A stretch of DNA of 64,000 nt from Basidiobolus meristosporus CBS 931.73 (Eukaryota; Fungi; Basidiobolomycota), in contig MCFE01000075.1 in the NCBI GenBank assembly GCA_002104905.1, positions 1 through 64,000 on the forward strand, read 5' to 3'. Each line of letters opens with the position of its first letter. Positions within the stretch are counted from its first letter, which is position 1. The notes beneath the pieces are model-generated. The model was not told where the DNA came from. It saw nothing but the letters and a program-made list of their open reading frames with translations, and did not search any database. Shown here one piece after another: positions 1 to 10,247 of this stretch. Made by a program: the position numbers and the translations under genes.

Positions 1-259
1 AGGCAGTAGCCACCCAAGCAACTTGGTTTACTGCGCCAAAATCCGAAGCAATTTTGGGCAGGGCAGTAGCCACGATTGTCTGATCAAGTCCAGCCAAAAG
101 GATGGCCATTGCAAGGCCAATAAAGACCAGCATCAGCTTTCCAAAGGGTAGAAGGGCAGGACCATCCACCTCTAGATCCAACTTGGACAAACTCTTCTCT
201 AAGTCCTCTGAAAGGTTTGGTTGCTTCTCAGCTAAGAGAGTAGCAGGTTCGTTCCTCAT
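1..259 (-). CDS. MFS DHA2 (14-TM, EmrB/QacA/SGE1-like) drug efflux transporter, 5' part only (runs off window start)
   Basis: Not in the ORF track. My translation from ATG 259: MRNEPATLLAEKQ...KLMLVFIGLAMAILLAGLDQTIVATALPKIASDFGAVNQVAWVATA, containing the DHA2 motif LDQTIVATALP and the following WxxTAY position. Confidence 0.88.
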   Translation of the reverse strand, partial: MRNEPATLLAEKQPNLSEDLEKSLSKLDLEVDGPALLPFGKLMLVFIGLAMAILLAGLDQTIVATALPKIASDFGAVNQVAWVATA

Positions 260-298
260 TGTATGTCTGAATTGTACATCGTTGTCCCAAGTTACTTG

Positions 299-306
299 CT
301 TATATA
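299..306 (-). promoter_or_regulatory. Putative TATA box of the MFS gene
   Basis: TATATAAG on the minus strand about 40 nt upstream of ATG 259. Confidence 0.4.
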
Positions 307-663
307 GAGACGCAGTGGAGGACAAGAACAGATAGCTATTATTAAGCCACTCCAACAACAACAGGATGAACCGTGAAAAACGGTTAAATATACCAAGTAT
401 ATACCTAAGCGTTTCTTCCATCGTTTTGAAAGGGAAGTGTTCCTGAACCATTGGAACGACTTGATTAGAGAATTCCATGGATCAGATCTAGATGCGTGCT
501 CAATAATTTTCATCTGGCAGGAATTCTATTTTGGATTAATGAATAGTAGGGTCAGTGCTCAATGGCTGTAATTAGGGTTGCTACGGATTTCAGACTGCTG
601 ATCCGATCAGGAATCTTCCGCAATAACCATGCATAAACTTCTTCCTGATTGACGGTATTTCCG

Positions 664-792
664 TCATTATCTAGATTGGGTACATTAATCATTATCTAGA
701 TTGGGTACCTGATTGCCGGGTAAATACGACATGCGGGCGACGGATCGCGGTCAAAATTTAGGGCTATCTTTGGGGCTATCTTTAGGGCTATC
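664..792. repeat. Short direct repeats in intergenic DNA
   Basis: TCATTATCTAGATTGGGTAC at 664-683 and 689-708; three tandem 12-mers TTT(A/G)GGGCTATC at 757-792. Confidence 0.85.
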
Positions 793-3700
793 AGCGAAAC
801 ATAGTACTAACTGATTTGGATTAGACTAACAAAATTAATGTGAAGTTGAACGCTTAAACTGAAGATATCCATGGCTACACAGCTTGCAACATTACCACAC
901 ATGATACCAGAAGGTAGCCGAGGATGTTGCTTGCTATGAAAATGGTTTTCATCACCTCCGATCTCCCCTAAATCATGATTAGTACATGCTGTCATTCCGT
1001 CCGACATATGCTGTGGTATGGACACTCTTTAACGCATATCCTGGTGACCACTCGTCCTGCACTTTTGGCAAGTACCAAAACACTGTTTTTGAGAGCTATA
1101 GACATCTTTTAGGTGAGAAACTACCGACAGAAAAGGATTGCAAAGGCATATACCATAAAATAAGTAGTTTTCCATATTTTTAACTCTCATATAGTCGGCT
1201 GGGCATTGACATGCGAGCCTGAATTGTTTTATAAATGAGATATTGTCGTCATGATTAGCTATTGGATGGCTTCACTGAACCCTTCACCTAGTTATAGGCA
1301 ATGCGAATTTCGGATTATTTCCTATTTTTACTAGTTATATCATAGCTCGGCTAATGAGCCGTTTGCTGGGTTTCTATCTATATATAGAGACTTCACATAT
1401 TTGGATGTATGGCCAAATGCTCAAAAAATATTGAGGCGATCGCAATTGTTGCTGTGGGTGTTTACTGATGCTTGGTTAATACCGATTACATGGAGAATTT
1501 GTGATATTTTGATGAAAGCATTGGTAGGATAAGCAAACTAAGAGGAGGTATTTGAGATTTTGGTTGGGAAAGGTTCGGTAATATTGATGAAGTTAAATTA
1601 ATTACCTATTATCAGACAATGTGTCACGCCTGAATATTTAGGCTAATATTCAATAGAGTTAATACCAATTACCTCCAAGAAATGTAATCTGCAGGCTAAT
1701 TTTCACAAGCCCAACACTCAGGTATCTTGTGACTGCTCCATATTGTTGTGACTGCAGAAATGGGCTGGGAAGGTGGTTGATTTCAAAACTGATATTTGCT
1801 AGTTGTGTAAAGTATGTAATATAATGTGTGGGGATTTTGGAGGCATTCCAAGCTACTGGGAGTATTGATAGATTAATTGGTATCAACCTAATGATTTATT
1901 GAGTGTCAAAGTAGTACTTACACTTTTACAATGTATAAAATATATGAGCAAGATTTGGAGTCTTATGGTCAACTTTAAAACATTTCATATTCTGGTGGAA
2001 ATGCTTCAAGTAAATCCTGACGGAGAATACGGTTGGGGGATGATAAAGGTCATAGACCAAGTTAACGTAAGCATGAAGTTTGCAACAGTACACACTCATA
2101 TTGCGCAATGATTCATATAGATACCTTGAGAAAGTGGGCATGAGGCATCTACAAAGTTTGCGTCATTTGGATGAGATTCTTGATATTCAAAACTATGCTT
2201 TCAATGATTTGTAGATTATCCATTTATACTCTGAAAAGTAGATACTGACTGATAACCAGTGAACCTAAAGGCAGTGAGGCATTACCCTGCTCTATCAAGA
2301 TATTATACTTGAGATTCGGGACTTTCTTGAGGGTTTACAATGCTCACAAACTGCTCAGGGATGTGAGAGTTCGCATGATTGAGCCACTCAGACCTATCAG
2401 CCATATGAGTCTAGCTTTTATTACTCTGTAGGTGACCTTTAAAATTCTTGGCAATATCAAGTTCCTGATTGAATCAGAATCATTAGTGGGAGCTCAAATA
2501 TATGCCGCTCTACTCAACTGCTGATTGCTAACGAAACAAAGATACAAGAAACAGTATAGCTGGAGGTCATTGACCATTACGCTAGGCTATTCGGTGAGAA
2601 GTCTACAAAACTGGGACTTCCAACAAATATAAAATCTACAGATATCTCACAATCTGCACCATTACCACGGTCACTATTGCATATTAACACAAGAACTTGC
2701 GCCCTTGTCTACACAGTTACCAACGCTCGGTTACCAGTAATCATCAGTCAATTCACCTGATCACTCAATGTATAGGGGTTCACAAGTGAGGCTTGTCACC
2801 ATTTCACAACTAGTGGTAGTTTAAAGAAACAAGGCTAATCTGCAGTACACATTTAATGTAGCATGACAGCTCAAATAAAAAAGGGGTGGAAAAAGATTGC
2901 ACAGAAAATAACCTCGAATTGCCCCTAAGCTCATGGATTCGCTAATGATTGTACAGATCAACGCTCAATACGCCCAAAAAAGGTAGAGCACTCAGGCAGA
3001 AGAGGATACTGGTTGGGATATTTTAGGCATCAATCAATGATGCACACTACTGGTGGACTATTTTAGGCAAGAAATATTGCAGCGGGAGATCTATAATATT
3101 CGGTATAGTCCGCCATCCCCTAAATATGATCTGTTGGCGGAAGTTTGCCAAGGAGAAGATTCATCTCTTAGTTACACATATTGGCGATTGGTTGGTCATT
3201 ACCGCGCTGTTGGAGTATGGGTTGGGTAAGATTTCGTGCTAGGTTTAGTGCTAGATTTCGTGCTACTACAATTACCATTTATAAGCTCAAAATCCTAGAG
3301 ATATGACTACGTTCGTTCGGAGCTCGAAGAGGAAACATGATGGTTGAAAGCACGGCTTGGTGCACAAAAAGCGACACTTACAGAGGAATGAAGACAGATG
3401 TTGGCCGAAGTATTGAAATCATTTGTAATGGTTAACTTCATATATGCTTCTCTAGCCGGCCCTCTTCAGGAAAGATACTGAACACAAGAATTTGGTTAAA
3501 GCAACGTGACTGCGATTGTTGACCTGAATCTACATTATGGCGAGGAGTCCAGGTACGATGCCAGATGTCAGAAGAGCTTCAGTTAGATGGGGTATTATGG
3601 GCATTGTTCACTTACTTTGCCCAGGGTTACTGGCTAACAAAAGTAGTTCGGTTTAAAGAGCCGCAATGAGATTGATCAACCAACTGTCAGACCAAGTGGA

Positions 3701-4402
3701 AAGCCTTCTGCGGATTCTTATCATTGAGCATGGGCGCTAACTTCTGTAAGAATGCTGCGGCCAACTCCTGCATAAATCCACTGACTATAAAATACATTGT
3801 TTGCCACTTCCTAGCGCACACCAAACAACCAAGAATCTTTGTGTTCAAAGTGTGTGTAGTGATGAAAATATGGCTAATGAGTTGGAGAACTGCATCTCGG
3901 CCCAAATTGACAAATAATATCAAATTGTGTAAAAGAGAGATTTAATCCAAACCCACATCAACACCTTGTTGGAACCAAGTATAAACGTTGAATAGAGCCA
4001 CCGATATATTTGATGATCTAAGCAAAGTTAACCAACATTAAGTTTATACACACCAAGGTTAATCAACAATAAGTTTAGACACATTTCCCATTTGATGCAA
4101 ATGCAGGTGAAAAATCGCCAATTACTTTCTAGGCAAGTCGTCGATTATTTTCTCGGTGTTCCCCCAGGTTGGCTATGCAAACAACTCCAAATTTGGCTAT
4201 GTGCCATGACAAGGCCAAGATAAGAATTTTCTGATTCACACCAATGAAGCGATACATGCTCTATTAATGGCGTCGTGGTACAAGATCAAGCGCTGCGGCG
4301 GGATGTCTGGTGATTAGGTATTTATATCTCGAGCATGGCCACTCCACAAAGCATACTCTTTCCTACCACCAACCAACAGCGCCCTTCAAACCCGAGAGCA
4401 TT

Positions 4403-6394
4403 ATGAGTTCCAAAAAGGAGAAGAGAAAAAGTCCCCTGGTTGAGACCGAGATGGCGATGGTTCACCACAGCTATGGCGAAGACAACAGCACTTCCCAGCT
4501 GTTCGATAAAGACGCTATGGACTCCATCTGGTCCCCTTTCACTTCCTTGTTTACCGGCGATCAGATCAGTATTATCTTGATGGCCTGGCTCCCTTCACAG
4601 ATAGAGTCCATAACGACCAATATCGTAGCCGTTGATATGTTTATCATTTCCGCTCTGGTGGCCGGTATCGTCGCTATGATGAAGTTTTCTAGCCACGTCT
4701 CCCTTTCTGCACTCAACTTCAAGCGCAAAAAGAAAGCCGAGTCCATCAGCATTCAAGTCGAGCCGGAGTTCATGGGCCTGTACGATGAGATGGAAGCGAA
4801 TCCCCACCACAAGTCACTTTCCTGGTTGGTGTCTGAGCAGAGTAAAAACCTAATGAAAGGAAATTTCTTGATGATTCCCGAGACCGAGACATATCGTGGT
4901 GAGGAGGACGACGATGATGTCCATGTTCCCGAGTTTAACGTCCTTCCCCAGGACAATGAAAATCTTTTCATTTCCTTCAAAGGGGATGTGTTCAAGGTGT
5001 TTTTCAAGGAAAATAGCGACCAAGACAACCAGCAAAAGGATGATAATCACAACCGAAACATTCTTGAGGACAGTAGCAAAATCAAAAGAAAGGTCAAGGC
5101 TCTCCCATCAATTGTGGTCGAGCTCTGCCCCAACTTCGTTCACCCGAACGGGATCCAATCGAGTGTTTTAAGCAAAACCATCTCCGAAAAAGGGAAGCCG
5201 GCCGACGATCCTGACGTTGCCATGGACAAAGTGATCAGATTTATCCAGGCGACCACCAGAGCGCATTTGATCGAGCAGAAGGATGACCGCGTCAGGTCAA
5301 GATATGAGCGAGGAGCTTATGGCTGGGAGTCGATTCAGACGCTCACTCTTTCGAGAGGCCTGGATACAGTTTGTCTGGACAAGTCCAACGAGGATCTGTT
5401 GAAGCACGACTTGGAAACATTCTTGGCCGACAAAGAATTTTACCAGAGAATTGGGCTACCGTATCGCCGCGGCATCCTATTGTATGGCAATCCGGGAACT
5501 GGCAAGACTTCGCTTGTTAACGCGATATCAAGTCAGCTGAACCGCGATTTGTATTTCATCAATCTGAAGGAGATCGAGAACGACGCTGGATTGAACTCTG
5601 CCTTCAACTCGGTCCCTGCCAACCAGATCATCGTCTTGGAGGATTGTGATACTCAGAGCCGAGTCCTCCATGCCCGAAAGCATGCCTCATCCAAGGACGA
5701 ACTGATGAGAATGCTAGGACCTAACCTGGATTCGTCAACAAAGCTTGGCAGCGGTGAAGGTTTCTTCAAGCCGTTCACATTGTCCACTTTCCTGGCGAAC
5801 CTGGATGGGCATTCCTTGTCGGAAGGGAACATCATCATCATGACCACCAATCACCCTGAGCTGCTTGACCCCGCTGTCATCAGACCTGGTCGAATGGATC
5901 TAAAGATTGAGCTAGGATACTGCACTCACTATCAAATCCAAAGGATGTACGCCTCAGTGCTGGAAGATCCCAAGGCGAAGTTGGACGAGGAAATCCTCAA
6001 GGAGAAGGTCCCTGAGAGACTTCTTCCACCGTGTGAGGTAATGACATGCATGGTATTGTACCGTCGTACACCCGAGGTCATCCTCGACAAGATACTTGAG
6101 CTGGTGAAGAAGTTCCAAGGGGGTGCCAAGTCTGTGATTGAGGAGGAGATGGAGCACCGTGCACGGGAGGAGCTGGAGAATAAACTTCTGGAAGAAATCA
6201 AAGCTCGACAGGAGAACGGGGGCGATGAGGGCTGCGATAATCCCACCGAGGACCAGAGCCAAGAAAGCGAGCAAACACAGCCAGACGAGCCTGCTGCGGA
6301 CGATGCGCCTGGTGCAGAATCTATCGACAAACCCAAGGACAAGTCACCCGATGACTCCGACTATGGCTCGGACACCGAACGAGCAGCTGTATAA
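4403..6394 (+). CDS. BCS1-like AAA+ ATPase, single exon
   Basis: Walker A GNPGTGKTS, Walker B IIVLEDCD, SRH MTTNHPELLDPAVIRPGRMD, RRGILLYG, N-terminal hydrophobic stretch, acidic tail. ATG 4403 preferred over the track's GTG 4310. Confidence 0.88.
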   Translation: MSSKKEKRKSPLVETEMAMVHHSYGEDNSTSQLFDKDAMDSIWSPFTSLFTGDQISIILMAWLPSQIESITTNIVAVDMFIISALVAGIVAMMKFSSHVSLSALNFKRKKKAESISIQVEPEFMGLYDEMEANPHHKSLSWLVSEQSKNLMKGNFLMIPETETYRGEEDDDDVHVPEFNVLPQDNENLFISFKGDVFKVFFKENSDQDNQQKDDNHNRNILEDSSKIKRKVKALPSIVVELCPNFVHPNGIQSSVLSKTISEKGKPADDPDVAMDKVIRFIQATTRAHLIEQKDDRVRSRYERGAYGWESIQTLTLSRGLDTVCLDKSNEDLLKHDLETFLADKEFYQRIGLPYRRGILLYGNPGTGKTSLVNAISSQLNRDLYFINLKEIENDAGLNSAFNSVPANQIIVLEDCDTQSRVLHARKHASSKDELMRMLGPNLDSSTKLGSGEGFFKPFTLSTFLANLDGHSLSEGNIIIMTTNHPELLDPAVIRPGRMDLKIELGYCTHYQIQRMYASVLEDPKAKLDEEILKEKVPERLLPPCEVMTCMVLYRRTPEVILDKILELVKKFQGGAKSVIEEEMEHRAREELENKLLEEIKARQENGGDEGCDNPTEDQSQESEQTQPDEPAADDAPGAESIDKPKDKSPDDSDYGSDTERAAV

Positions 6395-6596
6395 ACCCTT
6401 TGCCAGTCACATCCACATCCACATCCACACTCACCAAGTGATAGATTTTGTATTCTAGCTTGTATTAAGTAATCCACACAACGACCCAACGACCCATCCA
6501 CCAAATCACCCATAATGAACCCGATATACCACTCTCACATTGATGATATTAAACATTAATAGATAAGCAAATTTATTAGAATTCGTCAACAAATGT

Positions 6597-7250
6597 CTAC
6601 TCCAAATCTTCGACCACGACATCCTTCATGTTTGTGAATTCACTCAAACCAGAGGGATCGTGCACCACCCAGGTCCAGGGCTCAGCAACATCCAACAGTG
6701 CGTTGAGGCTACTTAAGCATTCGATGGTCTTTTCCTTATGATCCTCCGAGAGGTTGGCCACTTCGACGTGGGTGGCCAAGTTGAAGACCGCGGAGGCGAC
6801 ATAGTTGTAGATGGTGTCGATTCTTCTTCTGCGGTCAACTCCGAACTCGAACTCAAGCTCGGGGATCTCCACGCGAGCGTGGGGGGATTTCAGGCAGACG
6901 TTCCACAGCTGGGTGGTGTCGGTGATCCGGACGGAGAACTTCTTGGGCTTCCACTCCTCTTGCGGGGGCTCAGGCTTGAATTTGAACTGGGCGAAGCCTT
7001 TCTCGTTCATCTCGAGCTCGACGTTGGGCAGGGCCCCGAGGAATTGTTCGAAGGTTCCGTTCAGGGCGTCTTCGAACTCCGCCTTATCCTCGTAGCCGAG
7101 TTCGAGGTACATCATTTTCGCGACTGGCTCCACGGCCAACCACTCCGCCGGCGTTTCGTCATAAAGCTTTTCCAGCTCCTCGATGAGTCGGTCGACCTCT
7201 TGATGGCCGAGGTTGATGTGGTAGGTGGATTCGTTGGTGGTTGGCTCCAT
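6597..7250 (-). CDS. ZPR1 A/B-domain-like protein lacking the C4 zinc finger, with an extra N-terminal domain (217 aa, single exon)
   Basis: C-terminal half KSPHARVEIPELEFEF...IDTIYNYV...WTWVVHDPSGLSEF parallels ZPR1 (KSxxxxxxIPELxxE...FTxxxxDPSGxS). No CxxC pairs. Strong GC3 codon bias. Confidence 0.75.
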   Translation of the reverse strand: MEPTTNESTYHINLGHQEVDRLIEELEKLYDETPAEWLAVEPVAKMMYLELGYEDKAEFEDALNGTFEQFLGALPNVELEMNEKGFAQFKFKPEPPQEEWKPKKFSVRITDTTQLWNVCLKSPHARVEIPELEFEFGVDRRRRIDTIYNYVASAVFNLATHVEVANLSEDHKEKTIECLSSLNALLDVAEPWTWVVHDPSGLSEFTNMKDVVVEDLE

Positions 7251-7674
7251 CGTGACGATATCTCAGTGAACAGACGGGGAAGCCCCAGAGAAAATTCCTA
7301 GTGAATATACACCGAGGATGGGGGACTTTTTTTATTCATGGTATTTGTAATTGGTCGGGAAGGTTCTCGATTTTTTGCAAAAATTTCCTCCCAAATCGGA
7401 TGCCGGCTAGCCTGGAATGGTTCGCGCAAACAGAGGCATACATTGGCATGCGAGTGGAAGAGCACACTTGATCCGGGTACGGTGCCTACAGGAGCTCGCA
7501 TCGATCTGCTACGTTTGATTGCCTTGTTTCTCAATGGTTAGTCTACAAACAAGACACAGACAAGCGCGGATTTTAGTGGCTGGTTAGTGTAAGGGGTCGC
7601 AAGTGTTGAACACCATAAATTGGCGACTCGCCGACCGATCCACCCATATCACATATAGATTTTTAGACGAACCG

Positions 7675-8416
7675 ATGGTGAAGAACGATACCTGCCTTCG
7701 CTGTATTGACTTGCGGATCGGATGCTTGATCCTGACCGGCTTTCAATTGGTACGTTTCTTGGATATGTCAAGCCCCGCCACCACCTCGCTTATACCTGAC
7801 TTCTAGATAGTTGGGCTTTTGTTTACCATCCTGATTACCCTCAACTGGGGTGGGGTGACCAATTCCTCCTTCGGGGCAAATAACAACTATACCCAATCTA
7901 CCTCGAATTCCTCCACCTTTCAAGTCGGCCGGATCGGGCTATACATATTATTTGTAGCCTTCATTATCACTCTGTTCTTAGGTATCTTCGGCTTCGTGGG
8001 GACATTGAAGGTACCGCTCCTAGAGTTGTTGCTGACAGGGGTCTGGTGTGCTGACTGCTTCATCTAGAATAGGTCCTGGATGTTACTGGTCTATCTTGGG
8101 ATGGCAACGATTCTGATGTTGGCCGGTTTCGTGGGGATGGTGATGGCCTTTATCAACCACGAATGGTACAATGGAGTGTTGGCACTGATCATGGTAAGTT
8201 CGGGGCATAATATCATCGTGATGGGACTCCAGTTGACCCGTATTTTAGATCCTATTACAAGCCTTCTTCGCCCTCAACATCGCTCGGTATCGGCAGGTAG
8301 TTATCGCCGCCGACCACGCGCTCAATTACTCGGGTGTGTATGTTCCCGAGGAAGGCAATCAGGCGTACAGCGCAAACCCAGACCTGCAGCCTTCCGCGCA
8401 AACAGATGGCGCTTGA
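7675..8416 (+). CDS. Four-TM membrane protein (LAPTM/tetraspan-like), 4 exons, 190 aa
   Basis: Exons 7675-7749, 7807-8010, 8068-8193, 8249-8416 join in frame through GT-AG introns; N-terminal CLRCIDLRIGCLIL and four hydrophobic helices. Confidence 0.75.
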
Positions 8417-8767
8417 CATCCATGTATCTCTTTCAAACGAATAAAGTCTCTTTCGCTTACATAAGTTGGCTCCAGAAATCAGTTCAGTGAAACAGATGCA
8501 GGGGAACGAACGATTGGCAAATGAGTGATTCGCACCTCCTATACGGTTTCTGAATCCAAAGGACCCGGCGTCAGAACACGTTGCCCCGCGGATAATCTTC
8601 CCCCATCGTCTAATAGTTTATTCCAATAGCATCCAAGGTAGTAATGGGTGAAGATCAGTATAATATACAAAAATGATGGATCATGCTTATAGTTCATCGA
8701 TATGTATGCGTGTATGAGGAACATGGGTTGTCACTGATGAATAAGGCGTATGAAAGGTTGCACAGGC

Positions 8768-9465
8768 TCAGTATCTTAAAGAGGACTCCTTTAGGGCCGT
8801 TTGCCAATCCCTTGGTAACCCCTATTGCATGATAAGTCAGACCGTTCCAAATCGAAGATTCCTAGTGTGCTGTACTAACGATGTATTCCCCGGAATCCGA
8901 GATACTAACATGGGTGATATGCTTAGGATTCGACGGTTTCGAGATGTTGAATCGCTTAAGGTAGGTCGGTCTGATTAGCACGGCATGGCCACGAAAGAAA
9001 CTCCCCATCAACCTACCTTGGCTCTGGGATTATTTATGCATTTGGCGGATTGGATCTTGGAGCCTGGCCTGCTTAATGGCTGGGAGGCAGGTTGTGCTGG
9101 GATACACATGATTGCCTCAACATTTTCCCCAGGTAGGCGTCCACCATGGGAATTTGCGTAGCTCTTAAACAGAATTAAGCACTTAGCAGATAAGACCAGC
9201 AAGAAACAAACGGGTCTCCTCCGACTTACGTTGAACTCCCCGCTCTCCGGGTCGATCCCGGCGTGGCCAAAGTGGACAAAGTTGGTCGGGCCTGAGATGC
9301 GGATCCTTTTGTTGGAATTGGGCGAAGCGACTCGAAAGTAGCCTAGACAGAGAGTTAACAAAAACGAGGTCTCGGGTGGGTTGTGCACTGGATTATTCAG
9401 TGACCTGTGACCGACTTCAGTAGAGTGGTGAAGGTTGATTTGAGATTGGCTGCATTGTCGTCCAT
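8768..9465 (-). CDS. Small protein with two CRIB/PBD motifs, 5 exons, ~149 aa
   Basis: Exons 9465-9405, 9342-9230, 9163-9017, 8954-8880, 8821-8768 total 450 nt and are open. CRIB1 ISGPTNFVHFGHAG; CRIB2 ISKPSNPKHITHVS...GEYIGLPRDW. The 5' end may extend further. Confidence 0.72.
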
Positions 9466-10247
9466 ATACAGGTCGGCCTCCGTGCAGGAGGAGCGAAGAT
9501 GCTTTTGCGGCAGCCGTCCTTTCAAGCTTTCGGATTTGCTGGAATTCCGGGAGAGAATGGCTGAGGAATAAATGGGGAGGTTGGTTACTCTTCGCACAGG
9601 GGGGGAGCCCGCTCTTTCAGCAAATACCTTTGTCAGCTAGCATGTTGTGGTGGAGAATAGTAGTGAAAATAAATGTTGGGGACTACGGAGCAAATCAACT
9701 GGAACATCCTTATGTTTATACAATATTTCGAGGATGTGGAACAGGCTTTCAAACCAGAAAGAATTTGTTACACCGGCGCTGTGACTGGGTCTCAGCATTC
9801 ATTAAATTCTTTATGAAGTTCCTAAAAAGTTGATCAATTGCAACCGACAACAGATTTTTTAGTGTACGCACCCGGCATTAATCTACGACATTAACTTTGC
9901 CTAATTTGGTGGCCATCTCATGTCAGAATCAGTGAACAATGAACGCATCAAACCGTGATTAAGTCATTGTTTGTCAATATCAAAGGCCCAAGCAAACAAA
10001 GACCAGCGATGTAGTTGACAGGATGTTGGACATTTTCGAAGCAAATCGATTGAATTTTACTTTGGCGATTTGCTAGCCAGTTCTAGTTCTACGAATACAC
10101 GCGTAAATAATTATGGTTCTGGAAAGGATGCTCTGCCGTCCCAGGGCAAGCAACTGGTAGATTCTAGTATACAGTGACATTATATTCACAGAGGCCAATA
10201 CTGGTATGGTGTGAAGTGATGAATTGTGATTTGTGGAGGGAGCGGGG

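Noticed and set aside
6738-7301. 187-aa plus-strand ORF antisense to the ZPR1-like gene
   Set aside because: Shadow ORF expected from GC3-rich codon usage on the coding strand; no motifs.
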